64,000 nucleotides of DNA, from the NCBI RefSeq assembly GCF_009914755.1, contig NC_060937.1. The stretch is one strand, 5' to 3'. Position 1 is the first letter of the stretch; every line of letters starts with the position of its first letter. Below are positions 43,762 to 56,876 of the stretch, piece by piece. Below the pieces are notes generated by a model that ran no database searches, had not been told where the DNA came from, and saw only the letters and a program-made list of their open reading frames with translations. The position numbers and the translations under genes were made by a program. Origin of the DNA: the human T2T-CHM13v2.0 reference genome, Homo sapiens.

Positions 43762-44724
43762 CTTTGGAGAATGGGAAGAAAATAATCTGAACTATTTACA
43801 TTTATTTTCATCTAAGAAATGGAGAAATTAACTTTACCAATATGTGATGTTCAGAGCAACACTGGGACCCTTGCTGCATTTGTTTCTCAGTGGTCACTGC
43901 CAGGTGGATGTGCAGGGGTCCTGGGGAAGGTCCCCAGCCAGAGAGGGGCAGTGGTGCCTTAGTGGCTTTTATCGGAATCTCATAAATAGCTGAGGTGTAC
44001 TTGTTTTACTGGATTTACAAACTATCTGTTTTTAAAGAAAACTAATCCTTGCTAAGGGAGGCATTGACCTAAACAGAAACCTGCATACAATCAGCTTGAC
44101 ACTGTTTGTGAAGATGCAAACTTAAGCAAACAATGTTGGACGATAAAGATGGCCTTTCTACCCCTCCCACGAGCTGGTGTTGGCCGCTCTACAGGTTTCA
44201 ACAGTGACAATCTCATCACGTCTGACAAGAAGGCTGCACAGATCACAATGACCAAGACTATTTGAGGTCTGGATTTACATGCCCAGTCGCCAAGGGTGAC
44301 CCACACCGTAATTATATGCTGTGTCTTGAAATATTAACTAAACCGTCTCAAATCAAGATAAACAAGACAGTCAAGTACTAGACACTTGGAGATGGAGATG
44401 AACTCTTATCATTTGTAAGATCCTCACTACAGTACATTATAAAAATTCAAGAAGCATGTGATAAATTTCCAGAAGCCTCTTTTGAGTTTTCTGACTTAGT
44501 AGCAATTTTAGTCAAATACTATTGAGGAAACACTTCCAGCTGTGGTTCAAATTGCTGATACAAAGAAAATAACACAGTGGCAAACCAAAATGTATTTCCT
44601 TGTCATAAAATACTCTCGGAACGCATGTGGGAAACGTCACTGAAGACAGAAGGAAATAGGATAGAACAGGCTACATCGTGTGGGAGATTTGCCACACGCT
44701 TGGAGCAAAGTATAGATGTTCCCT

Positions 44725-45425
44725 TTTTAACTTCTTATTTTAAAAATAATTTCAGATTTACAGGAAAATTGCAGAAGGAGTACAGAGAGTTCCCACATAC
44801 CCTTCAGCCAGTCCCCCTAATGTTAACACTTACATAACCACAGTACAGCAATTGAAACCAGGAAATTAACACTGACACCACACTATGAACAAATTTTCAA
44901 GCTTTATCTGAATTTCAACAGGTTCCCACTCAAGTCCTTTTCCAGTCGGACCCCATTCCGGATCCCACATGGTGTTTGGTTGTGGGTTTCCTTTGACTTC
45001 TCCAACTTGGACAGTTCTTCAGGTTCTCCTGGTCCTTCGTGGTGTTGGCACTTCTAAAGAGCACTGAGCAGGTGTTTTTAGGATGTCTCTCCCTTTGAGC
45101 TTGTCTGATTTCTTTCTCAGGGATAGACTGAGGTGGTGCAGGAACACGTGGGGGACATGTTGGGTCATTCTCAGCTCCTCTCTTGGAGGTGGCGGGTACA
45201 TGAGGTTGATATGATCTCCTGGTGATGTTGAACTTGATCTCTGAGGTAAGGGCCTGTCTGGCAGATTTCTCCTATAAAGTTAATATTTTTCCTTTTGTAA
45301 TTAATAAGTATCTTGTGGGGAAACACTTTGATACTGCAAATATCTTGTTTCTAATCAAGGCATATATATATATATATATATATTTATCTCCAATGTGTCT
45401 TGACTCATGATATTTGCTGTATTCT
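44725..45425 (-). mobile_element. L1MC/MB 3' fragment
   Basis: AATAATTTCAGATTTACAGGAAAATTGCAGAAGGAGTACAGAGAGTTCCCACATACCC. Confidence 0.75.
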
Positions 45426-46229
45426 GTTTAAAAAATAAAATTTTAAAAAGATATATCTGTCCCTGTGTATCCGAAGAAAGATGTGCCATAGAACATATGT
45501 TCTTACCAGTATTTATTACAATAAAAAATTTTTGATGGAAAAACTATTAGCCTTATGGACTGAAGTTAACAAAACAATGAATCTGGGGTGAGGTCACAGT
45601 TGCTGCAAGACACGTGAAACTCACCCGTTGTGTGCTGCATGAAGTTACAACAAGCAGAAGTCAGCCAGGTGCCACAGATCACCAATGTATTGATTTAAAG
45701 ATAACAAACAGACATTAAAATATAAAAGAATATTTATAATACTTTGTAATGAGGTGGAAATGACCATGAAAATATTTTGTACCACACAAAATTATTCTGG
45801 ATAAATAGTAGCAGGGTAGTTAGAAAGGAGTTGAACTTAAAGATGAATTACACAGTTTTCTTTTACAAAAAACCCAGTTGTTCAAAATTTGTGACCTATC
45901 ATTGGGAAAACAAATGTTTGTTAAAAGTATGTTTCTTGGCAAATGCAAAAAAAAAAAAAAAAAAAACCAGAATAAACACTGTTAATTTGTTCCTTCAAAA
46001 TATGTGATTTAAAAAAATAATGAGTAAGAAAGTAACATCTTTTGGAAAAAAAACTTGAGAGAACCACTTGAAAGCAGATGGGCTAAAATTTTTATTGATG
46101 CTAAAAGTAATGGATGTCACCTGTGAAAATGTTCCTGTCTGCATACTTGAAAAAATAGCGATATCATTTTCTGTCTTATCTAACAATCCTCCCAACAACG
46201 GTGAGTTTAAGTCCATTTGTTAAAAAACA

Positions 46230-46654
46230 CAAGCATGCATTGCTTAATGATGGAAATACTTTCTGGGAAATGTGTCCTTAGGTGATTTTGTCACTGTGCA
46301 AATGACAGAGTACACTTACACAAACCTAGTGATACAGCTTACTGCACACCTAGTATGCCTATGGCTCCTAGGCCACGAACCTGAACAGGTGTGCAGTAGG
46401 CTGTGTGTCACTGCACTATGTATGTACCACACATAGTATGGATGGTACAGCCTATGGCTCCGAGGCTACAAACCTGTTTAGCATGTGACTGTATTGAATG
46501 CTGTAGACAACTGTAACACAATGGTAAGTGTGTATCTAGGCACACCTAAACATAGAAAAAGGAACAGGAAAAATACAGTATAATAATCTTACGGGACCAC
46601 TGTGGTATATGTGGTCTGTTGTTGACCAGAACATCATTAGGTGGTACATGACCG
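46230..46654 (+). mobile_element. Tigger3a (MER7A/Golem) MITE with internal duplication and inversion
   Basis: CAAGCATGCATTGCTTAATGA...GGACCACTGTGGTATATGTGGTCTGTTGTTGACC...CATGACCG followed by TA. Confidence 0.85.
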
Positions 46655-47279
46655 TATTAAAATGTAAACCTTCTGATTAGTTTGCCAGAACAGCTAATTG
46701 ATATCAGGGAAGATATTACCAGCTGAGTTTCAACAAAAAATGTTTACATAATTGGAAGATGAAATTGAAACATAAGTAACACGATTCAATAAGTCAATTA
46801 TTCATTACTATCTGGATCTGTGCTTCTTTGAGAAGTACTTTAGATCAGTTTGACAGCCATTAAAATCAAGTACTGAAATTAACCGAACTGAGAGTCAGAC
46901 CTTCAGATGCTGTATCAGAAAATGTTAAAGTAAGATTCTCAAAAATAGTGAGGTGTGTTCAATCGCACTGCTCTCCACTAAAAATATCATGAAGAACAGT
47001 AATATTTTAGTGAGCATAAAAGGTTTTAATATGACAAATAATATAAAATTATTTTAGAGTACTATTAGTTTAATCTTTAAATCATACTTTAGACATTTTA
47101 TTGTTTTATAATATACATAATATGCCAGCATGGTGGTACGTATAGTTTATAGATACCTATGTATGCATTGGGTGGGTTCGCTCAAACATTTCACAGATAG
47201 GGGTGTAAGATTAAAAAAATGTTATAAATGACTGCACTGAAGGTGGTAAACCAAATACTATCTGACTGTACTGCAGAGT

Positions 47280-47470
47280 GAATTTTTACATGCGTTATCT
47301 CATTTAATTCTCACAACAATGAGATGCAGGTATTATTTTTCAGGCAATAGTTGTGCCTAGTTTTTAGTTCAGAAAACCCGAAATCTAGAGAAGTTAAAAA
47401 ATGTATTTGTGTTTTCAAAGCAGTGAGGGATTCGCCGGGACTGGAAACCAAAGCTTTTGGCTCTTTTCAT
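47280..47470 (-). mobile_element. MIR fragment (further MIRs near 39270, 41230, 47790, 48330, 49300 and 54100)
   Basis: TTATCTCATTTAATTCTCACAACAA; CCCATTTCACAGAT..A.TAACTGAGGCTCAGA cores. Confidence 0.65.
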
Positions 47471-48446
47471 GTCATGGTTGTGACTAAGAATGGAGACTGT
47501 CCTCAGGGCTTCACGGTGTGTTCTAAAATGGACTTTCCACTTGACATGCAGCCTGAAATCGTAAAATCAGCAGTGACCCTTAAAGGAATACTTGCCAATG
47601 TGCCTTCACATGCTGGGTGTCCAACAGATAGAAGTTGGACCTGTAAATTTACATCGACAAATAAACAGCACACAATCCTCCTCTGAGCCATTCCCTAGAG
47701 TAGCAAGGCCGTTCTTCCTAGCATGTGAAGTAGTTTATTCCTCATGCAGGAGAGCATTATGAATCCTAATTACTGCTTCACATTTGTAAAGCACCTTCAT
47801 ATGGCTGGCTCATCTCATCACAGGTACTCTTAGATGGAACGGCGCTTACCCTCATTTTACGGAAAAGGAGACCCAGGCACAGAGAAGCTGACTGCTGCTG
47901 AGCTGGGCCAAGCCTAGAGCTCGCTGCTCCGATCTCAAGTCTGCCCACTGGATGGTGTATCTCCTGACCCAAGGTGCGGCAGACACCCAGTTACTTCTGC
48001 ACAGCCACTTCAGAGAATCTCCTTCTGGGTGTAGTAGATTTGCCTCTGGGAGCCATTTCTTAGAATGCAGTTACGCTTTGGAAGAGATGGTGGCTATTAT
48101 CTATTTATGCTGAAGTATTATTTAACCTATTAGGTTGCTTTCTAAACCATCAAATGAATAGAATTTTGTGCCAAAGAAAATGAGACAGGAGCCATGCCTA
48201 TGATCTTGTGGGCAGAGAGGGAAAGTGGGTCAGGGCTCAGGGGCCTTGCAGGCATTTGGAGGGTGCAGCAGGGTTTAAAGTTCAAAAGTCACTCTTGGTA
48301 TTTATACCAACCTAATGAAGGAGGAGAAGAGGTGATTCTTAGCCCCCATTTCACAGATAAATTAACTGAGGCTCAGAAGGGAAACTAATGTAACTTTCTT
48401 AAGGTCACACAACTCTTAAGAGGTCCCTACAAAACATTGAGTCTAC

Positions 48447-48990
<544 letters not shown>

Positions 48991-51039
48991 CCGCTTCCTA
49001 AAGGCCAGCTGGACGTTCATGCGGAATGGCTTGACCTAGTGCTTGTGAGTTTTTGAGCCTAGAATGTAAAGCTGCACCCAGGTTCAGCGACAGACAAAAC
49101 AGCAGGGCGCTCAGAGCCCCCCTGTCCAAGGTGCACAACCGGGGTTCAGACCTTCCCTATGAAGTGGTGCCAGGGTCCAAACTTCCCCTGGGAAGTGGCT
49201 GGAGGTCCCTTTCCAAACTCTCAGTGGTGCCTTGGGACTGCCTCTGCTTTGGAAGTATTTGTTCTTTATCTCTCTGCTCATATGCAAAAGAACTTATTAA
49301 AAAGCTGTCATGGAGTCTTGGGAAGTTTTTGTGATTGGATGCACCTGAGCTCATATCTTGGTTCTCCTACTTTCTTGGGCAAGTCACTAAACTACTCTAG
49401 ATCTTGGTTTCTTTATTTGTAAAATAGAGTAAAATGCCTTTTTCATTTGGCCATCCAGAAAGTTAAATGAGATCACATGTGTGTTTAAAGCACATAGGCC
49501 TATTCCCATTTGATTCTTTCATTTCTTCTTCTCCCTTCTTTCTGATGAAGGAGGACTTTAGTTTGCTTCTGTAACTTAACCCATACTTAAACAGGAAGAG
49601 TATATTTAGCATTGAGAATATATTTTTTTCTGCAGCTGTCCTAGATTAAAATAAACAAAAATAAATAAATGAAAGCCTACCATTCTGAGCAGCTCAGGGT
49701 GTATGTTTGAGACTGCTTTGAAACTCTAATACAAGCACAGGCATACCTGTCCTGGTGCTTTTGCACACAAGCCTCACACTGTCCAGGAGGACAGAGTGTG
49801 TGTGGCTCCCAAATGCATGTGGAGCCCCCTCCAGATCTGGGGAGGCTGCCCCATATGGTGCTGGACAGTGGCTGCACCAGGACCTGGAGGGGAACCTGAG
49901 ACCTAGGCCCAGGCAGGTGGGGGCTGTGAACATGTGGCTGGGAGAGGCCATTGTCCATACACAGACAGCCCAAGTTGTTCAACTCCATTTGCCAACCCAT
50001 GCCCTGCCCCTGGCTTGACTGGTCCCCCTCCTCTTCTGCTACTAAAGTATCTCCTGAAGCTGAGAACAAGCCAATGAGGATGACGGTGCCAGGGAGAGAG
50101 GATCCTGTGTTGGTCAAGGATGTGCGAGTAGCTGTTACCTCCATTGGCAGTTTTGTCACTAAAAGACCTCATTCACTTGAGCATTTGAGGATGACCAAAT
50201 AGAATCACTAACTTTGGTTATTTCCAGTTTGGTCTGCATTAGACCATGACCAAGGAAAGCTGTGCCAATGACAAGCCATATGCTTAAGTTTTCACCACAT
50301 AAAAAGTTACTTTTAGGCAGAAGTCATGATACACTTTCCAAGAAATGGTTGTGGAATATTGTCCAAGCTGCGGGGGATTCGTTAAGTGGACATTGGAGAG
50401 CAGTGGTGCCTGGTGGCTTGGCACAGGTTCAGATGGAGAGACAAAAAAAAAAAAAATTGCCATAAAATAAGCGAAGCATTGGTAGAGCCCAGAAAAAGTA
50501 CCTGATTTTCCAGTTGGAAGTAACCCAAAAACGTGGTCAAGAATTTATATTGATTTTTCAAGACCTTTCTAGGGAAAGAACTTGAGGATCCTGGTAAGCT
50601 TTTCCAAAATGACTCAGAGTATCCATTTCTGTTTCTTCTCAAACCTTGCTATATATAATCACTGCAGGTCTGAAGAAACTCCACAAAACCTAAGCAGCCT
50701 CAATAAGAAGAAATCTAAACACACCATGGTCAAACTGCAAAAACCAAATCTTATGATACAGTGGGCAGTGGGCTATGTGTGCCAGAGAGGGCTTGATCTC
50801 AGGGGGTCCCTGGGGGTCTCCTGGTTTGTGTGGTATGTTGTTCTCAGAATATGACTGCCAGTAAAGTGCTGTATTTTCCAAGATGTAATCATTCCTTGTT
50901 TATTCGTTCCTGCCACCCTACACAGAAGGCATCAGAGTCCTAGAACGGCAGCTTGTTTTAATTAGAATTTCATGCAATTGAGAGAATTTAATAAGGTGGG
51001 TAGGATCTCATGTATTATATGTGTAATTAATAGGCAAAA

Positions 51040-52990
51040 ATTAACAACCATTTATGCCAACTACAAACAGAAGATCTGATGGAATAAAGGACAACTTTTA
51101 TAATAACAACAACTACTCGGAATACTGCAGGATATTACTACTACTTCAAAGTACTTCAAGATAAAGAAGAGGATAAAACAAGTGGAAAACCATAGTATGT
51201 TCACGGGTAGGAATCTACCTCATCATACAGAAATCACTTCTCTGTAGTTTATTTATAAGTTAAGCTTGATCCCATTTAAAATACGAGAAGTGTTGAGGAT
51301 TTTTTAAAATGAGAAAAACCAATTATAAACTTTATAAGACACATACATATGAGATTTACATGAACTGTCTCTGGAAAGATGCAGGAGAAATGGAGTCCAT
51401 TGGCTGCTCCCTGGGAAGGAAATAGGATGACTGGGGGAATGACTGGGAGATTTATTTCATTGGCTCTCATTTTGATTTATTTTTATTTTGAACTATGTGA
51501 GTATATAATTTTTGAAAATAGAAAATTATTTAAAATAGTAGTATAGATATTAAGCAATCAAGAAAACCCAGGAAAATACTGAAAAATAAAACAATAAAGT
51601 TTCCCATGTATTAAAACATATTATAATGTGGCATTAGTTCATGAATAGAGGGATGGAACTACCTAGGAAGTCCAGAAAATAGATGCCATATTATTACATA
51701 ATAAAGTGGCATTTGAAATCAGTGGGAGAAGTGTATTATCATCTGAAAGAGAAAGCTGGATTCCAACCACTCACATTTACAAAGTAAATTTCGTATGGAT
51801 GGAAAATTTACACATGAAAAAAATGAAACCTTAAAAGTAACAGAAAAAACTGGGAGAATTATTAAATAATCTCTGATTCAGAAAGGACCTTTTTAATTCT
51901 GACACAAAATCTTTAAGCCAGAAAAGAAAAGATTGAGAAATTTGATCAACTCCCCACCCCTCAAACTAAGATATTCCTGAATGGCAAACATCACCAGAAA
52001 CAAAATTAAATGATAATAAATTAGGAAAAATTCATGTACTTCACATCAAAGGAAAACGGCCAAAACAGTTAATTGTGTTGTGTGTTTTAAATATTGATTC
52101 CTAAAAATCAATATTTAAAAAGGACAGTAACTTAATTAAAAAAGTACCTGAAAACTGTACACACATACATAACCAGTTCCTTGGTGCTCAAACTCCTTAC
52201 AATAAGAACGCAAACTAAAACAACACTGAAATACAATTTTGTTTGCTTATCAGATTGGCAAGGAATAGTACAAATAAAGTTTGTTCCCACACTGTATTTG
52301 TAAAGATGGTTGGGGCGGGGGGGTGGGGGGAAATGCGCAGTTTATCTTTGCTGCTGGAACTGTAAACAGGTAAAATTTCCATGGAAGGTTCTTTGACGAC
52401 AGCTAACAAAATTTAATACGCATGACGTCTTCAACCCAGCAACTCTAGGTGTTTAGCCTATGGATCTACCCCAAGGGTGCAGAACGACTCCTGCACAAGT
52501 GCACTGAGCACGGTGGTATTTGTCAAAGCAAGATAACGGAAATAATTTAATGTCTGTTAGTGGGGATGGTTCAACAAATATTTGTACTGCCATACAATAA
52601 AATGCTATGAAGCCATTTCAAAGAGTGAGGATGCGCTATATGTGCTGAAATGAAACAATTTCCAATATAGAAAGTTAAAAAAACTAATGTGAAGAAGTAA
52701 AAAGAAAAAAAAAAGAACAACAAACAAAAACAATGTGAGGTATGTTTAGGATACTGTCACTCATATAATATATTGTATATGTGTATACACGTATGTATGT
52801 GTATATATGACATATATTTATGCAGATAATGCATTATATAATACTTGCATTGCCAAGAAACTGGTAAGCGTGCTCATCTCTGAATGGTAGAAGTAAGTGC
52901 TGGAGGAATAGAGGGGCATGCCAGTGCATGTTATATATTCAAGAAATGAAAAAAATAAAATAGTAAAATAAAACAATTAAAACCTTTAAA
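51040..52990 (+). mobile_element. L1ME ORF2-end and 3' fragments
   Basis: Degenerate L1 ORF2 C-terminal sequence (CAGATTGGCAAG...TTGCTGCTGGAACTGTAAA) and ME3-type 3' UTR. Confidence 0.6.
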
Positions 52991-55001
52991 TTTATCCTTT
53001 CAACAGCTTTTACTAAGCATCTTCATTGCTGGCCCTGTGTTAGATGACAGCATAAACCAGCAAGACAGACCAGGCTGAAGCAAAATTAAGACTGAGAGAC
53101 GAAACCAAGGTTGAGCCCAGGTTAGGAAAGTTTAACCTCCCAGCTGGGTGCTCCAGCCCCAATAGCGTCGCGATGCTGGGGACGAGGTCTAGGAGAAGGG
53201 AAATGGGGGGCACTTAGAGCCCCAAATCCATGAACCACGCTGGTCTGTTTTAGGAAAGCAACATCTTGAGGCTTCATGGTGTTCTGTGCTCCCTGCTGGG
53301 AAGCGCTGGGCTGGCTGGAGGTTTTCATCTCGGGACTGGGGGTGCATCCCCACACTGCCTGGCTGAATATGTTGGTGCTTTCCCAATGTCCTTGACGTCT
53401 GGTGTTTGTCTGGTGCAATACGTCAGTGGGGAGACGGTCGTGCTAACAGCGTATTCGGCTCAGCAAAAGCTTTCATTGCATGCATCCATGGCCTCTTTGC
53501 AAAGATGGGAACAGCACGTCTCAATAACACACAATTTCATCTGGCTCTGATGATTCAGAAGGCGCCCCGGTGCCTCAGGCTCATCATTAGAAGCCAATGA
53601 TGGCTCTGTAGATGTGGTAGTAAAGTCCAGGTAGCCGAAAGATTGAGTAAGGAAGCATTTGCTGGGAAATGGGGGTCTCTTGCCGCAGTGCTCCCCAGAC
53701 ACCTCAGGAAGTGACCTTCTGCCTGGGGCCTCTCTCCGCTGACAATAATGTCGCACACTTCCTTGTCTCAAAGTTGAACACTGCCAGAATGATCCACATC
53801 CAAGGTAAGCTGGCTTCAGCTTGTTAATTTAGTCCTGCTCTCAAAGAAAAGGAAGAGGTCCTCACCCTGGCTGACACCTCTGGCCGCAGTGGCCCTGGTC
53901 CCCAGGGTGACAAGGGCCACACTCCTTAAAGAGCCTGAAATTCCCAGGAAGCTCCCCTTTTAAATCCAGTTAGGGAATATTATTTATAACACACGCCTCA
54001 CAGATATTAATTCATTAAGAGAAATAATGGATGCGGAAGTGCTGAGGACTGAGAGTAACCTGCTAACACGGCCCCATCCTCAAGGGGCTTTCCCCATTTA
54101 GCCGGGGCCTGAGAACTGTGTAGGATGTTTACTTAGTGCTTTGAAAGAACTCACTGCATCCCCTCAGCAATCCTTTCATGTGGCTGTTATAATTTTCTCC
54201 ATGGTTGCAGATGAAAAAAAAATCATTCGGGAAGGTTGAGCCATTATCCATGGCCACAGAGCTCCAAAGCGGTGGAACTCGGAATTGAAGCCCAGGTCGG
54301 TTGAAGCCAGGGCCGCAAACGTGCTCCCTGCCGCCCCACTGCCTGGCCGACACACTCACGGGTGCCGGGGCCACTGCACGCATGACAGTGCCAGGAGCGT
54401 GCACTTACTCCCCGAGCCCTTCCCTCCACGGCCAGGCCCGCAGTGTGAGTGCCAGGGCCTTCGGCGAAGCCCAGGGAAGCCCAGCGCCCTCGCCCTGGTC
54501 CTTTGACACATGACGAGACCTCCTCTGGGCAGAGGCCCCTGGATTCTGGGGCTTTCTGCCAGGCAGGGGCTGGGGCAGGCCCCGCACGCAAGCACCTGCC
54601 CCCGCACACAGGCATCTGCGACCCCGGGACTTAGCCCCCGCTGGCCCGCTGCAGTCTCCATTCCTTAAGCGCCCAGAGCTCCCTCTGCGCTCTCCTGTGC
54701 CCGCGTCTCCTCTGTTCTGTTTCGTTCCGCTCTGCTTCGGGCTTGTCTCAATTACATTTCCGTAAGGGTTCGGGTCCTCGGCTTACTAAGGGGCCTCTGA
54801 GAGGCCAGCTGGCCACCGGGACTGTCTTTCCTGCAGTGGAACTTTCCAGATTATCTTCCTTTCCCCCATCTCGCCTTCTGCCTCCTGCCGTCTTCTCGGT
54901 GTTTAGCTCGGGCAGGGTCCCTCCTGCAGAAACCGCTCCTGCCCGCAGCGCGCGCGCTTGCTGCCTCCCGCCCGGCTAAGGGAGGGCGGTTTCAGACAGA
55001 T

Positions 55002-55015
55002 CCACTGGAGGGCAG
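55002..55015 (+). promoter_or_regulatory. Candidate CTCF motif
   Basis: CCACTGGAGGGCAG fits CCASYRGRKGGCRS. Confidence 0.4.
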
Positions 55016-55227
55016 ATCTCCAGAGCCGGGAGCCAAAGGGGGCTGTGGCAGAAGGGGAGGCGGCCTTCGGGCTCAGGCGAGACAGGCTGACTCCCCCAGG
55101 AGGACCGCGCTGCCTGGGGGAGGCGAATGCAGGGCCCATGAGGCACTGACAGGAAGAGCCCCTGACTGCGGGGGGCAGCTGAGGAGCGGGAGCTCCAGGG
55201 GGAGGGGGCAGAGACTCGCCTCACAGC

Positions 55228-55826
55228 GCGCCCCTCACGACGTCCCCGTCACGACGCCCTCCACACGACGCGCTCCCCTCACGATGCCCCCGTTACCACG
55301 CGCCCTCCTCACGACATCCCCCTCACGACGCCCCCGTCACGACGCGCCCCCTTCGTCACGTCCCCCTCACGACCTCCCCCTCACGACGCCTTCCTCACGA
55401 CGTGCCCTCCTCACGACGTCCCCGTCACGACGCCCTCCACACGACGCGCTCCCCTCACGATGCCCCCGTTACCACGCGCCCTCCTCACGACATCCCCGTC
55501 ACGACGCCCCCGTCACGATGCACCTCCTTCAGGAAGTCCCCCTCACGATGCTCCCCCTCACAAAGTCCCCCTCACGACGCCTTCCTCACTACGTGCCCTC
55601 CTCACGTCGCGCCTCCCTCACGACACATCCCCCTCATGACGCGGCCCCCTCACAATGCGCCCCCCTCACGACGTCCCTCTCCTGACCCCCCCTCACCACG
55701 CCTCCACTGACAACGTCCTTCTCACGACGCCCCCCTCACGACGTCCCCGTCACCACGCTCCCCCCTCACGACGTCCCCCTCAGGACACCCCTCTCACGAC
55801 GTCCCCCTCACGACGTCCCCCTCACA
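55228..55826. repeat. CpG-rich 14-16-bp VNTR (CCCCTCACGACG core), about 40 units with a 176-bp higher-order duplication
   Basis: About 24 TCACGA by hand count; the block starting at 55235 recurs almost exactly at 55411. Confidence 0.97.
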
Positions 55827-56149
55827 CTACCGCCCCTCTTGGCAGCTTGACCTTCAACCCTCCAGGGTTTCTTTTTGACCTTTGCTTTCCTTCCAAACTT
55901 TCCCGCCTCTGGAATAAAAGAGTCGCAGAACAGAGAAAGGCTTTAGGGATGGGCTGTTTTGCAGGTGAGGAAACAGGCTCAGAGAAATCCGCCGGGGAAC
56001 TGCCCAAGGCGACGCGGATTGGCAGACCCAGGCCTCAGACACGGATCTTCTTCCTCAGGCTCTTCCCCCAGCCGGCCGTCTTCCCACTCCGACACGCACG
56101 GCTGCATGGGGGCTGCGTCCCTTTTCAGCAGCTGTGTTCGGAGCTGAGC

Positions 56150-56632
56150 AGCTTGGAGCCACACACGTGCGTTATCTCAGGGTTCCGGGACACGCGTGCT
56201 GGGGGCGCTGCCCGGGCCCTCACTAGGCGGGATCAAGTGTTGGCCGCGCTGTATTCTTACGCGGAGGATCCGAGGACGGCCTGGAAAAGAATCCACCTCT
56301 TCGGAAGTTCCCACAGGCTGTTGGCCGAGTTCACTTTCTCTCTGAGGGCCCCAGGTCCAGGTCCGTGGCTGCCCTCAGTTTCTCTCCACGCGGAAGTTTC
56401 CAGTGCGGCCACTTACGTCATCAGCCAGCAGGGAGGCTCTAGAGCAAGTGAGCTGTGGGTGGAGGCCAGGGAATGTACCTGGATCATGGGAGAGACGTGC
56501 TATCCCTCTACCATATTCTGTGGGTCAGAAGCAAGTCACAGATCCCCCCACATCAAGGAGAGAGGATTCCAGCAAGATATGAACACACTAGGAGGTGGGG
56601 ACCCTGGTGCCACCTTAGTGTCTGTCCAGCAG
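56150..56632 (-). mobile_element. MLT1F/G LTR, partly inside the CpG island
   Basis: GGCTGCCCTCAGTT, CCATATTCTGTGGGTCAGAAGCAAGTCACAG, GCCACCTTAGTGTCTGTC. Confidence 0.7.
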
Positions 56633-56876
56633 AGGGACCAATTCCCAAATGAATGCATGCACAGCCGCACACACTAATCCCAAACAACAGCAACACAGTC
56701 ATGTGGTCAACAGTGTTTTTATTTTATTATTTTATTTTATTTTATTTATTAAGTGCTAGGCACTGGAAACATAGCAGTGAAGAAAAAGAAAAATCCCCGT
56801 CCTCATGAAGCTTAGATGACGCTGGCGCACACTAAATCCACCAACAGCGGTCACAGCTGTAGCGTCTACATGGTTG

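Larger units (their letters stand above)
43470..47235 (+). mobile_element. hAT-Charlie (Charlie4-like) DNA transposon with a degenerate transposase, interrupted by MER3, L1MC and Tigger3a
   Basis: Plus-strand remnants EASFEFSDLVA (~44470), TIEETLPA (~44520) and HENILYHTKLFWINSSRVV..ELKDEL (~45765-45850) resemble Buster/Charlie transposase (LLHTEVRWLSRGKVL); Charlie4-like ends GGGAAGAAAATAATCTGAAC and GCTCAAAC...GATAGGGGTG...ACTG. Confidence 0.7.
54250..56420. promoter_or_regulatory. CpG island, candidate promoter of an unidentified (probably non-coding) transcript
   Basis: Sharp rise in GC and CpG density against CpG-depleted flanks; GC boxes CCCGCCC (54967) and GGAGGGCGG; GCGCGCGCGC at 54948. 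Confidence 0.8.

Noticed and set aside
49677-50202. 160-aa ORF in apparently unique sequence; similar cases at 41441-41935 and 61429-61686
   Set aside because: No recognisable homology or convincing exon structure; cannot be supported without a search
53795-53812. Isolated consensus splice sites (AAG|GTAAGC near 53805; minus-strand GTAAGT near 63020)
   Set aside because: Could not be paired into a credible gene model; frequent by chance
55228-55826. CRISPR-like appearance of short recurring repeats (also 12466-12795)
   Set aside because: Head-to-tail units without unique spacers, no cas genes, primate context
55655-56677. Longest ORF (340 aa) and overlapping Pro/Arg/Thr-rich ORFs at 55284-55710
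   Set aside because: Runs through the stop-poor VNTR, GC-rich island and an MLT1 LTR; no recognisable domain; expected by chance at this composition
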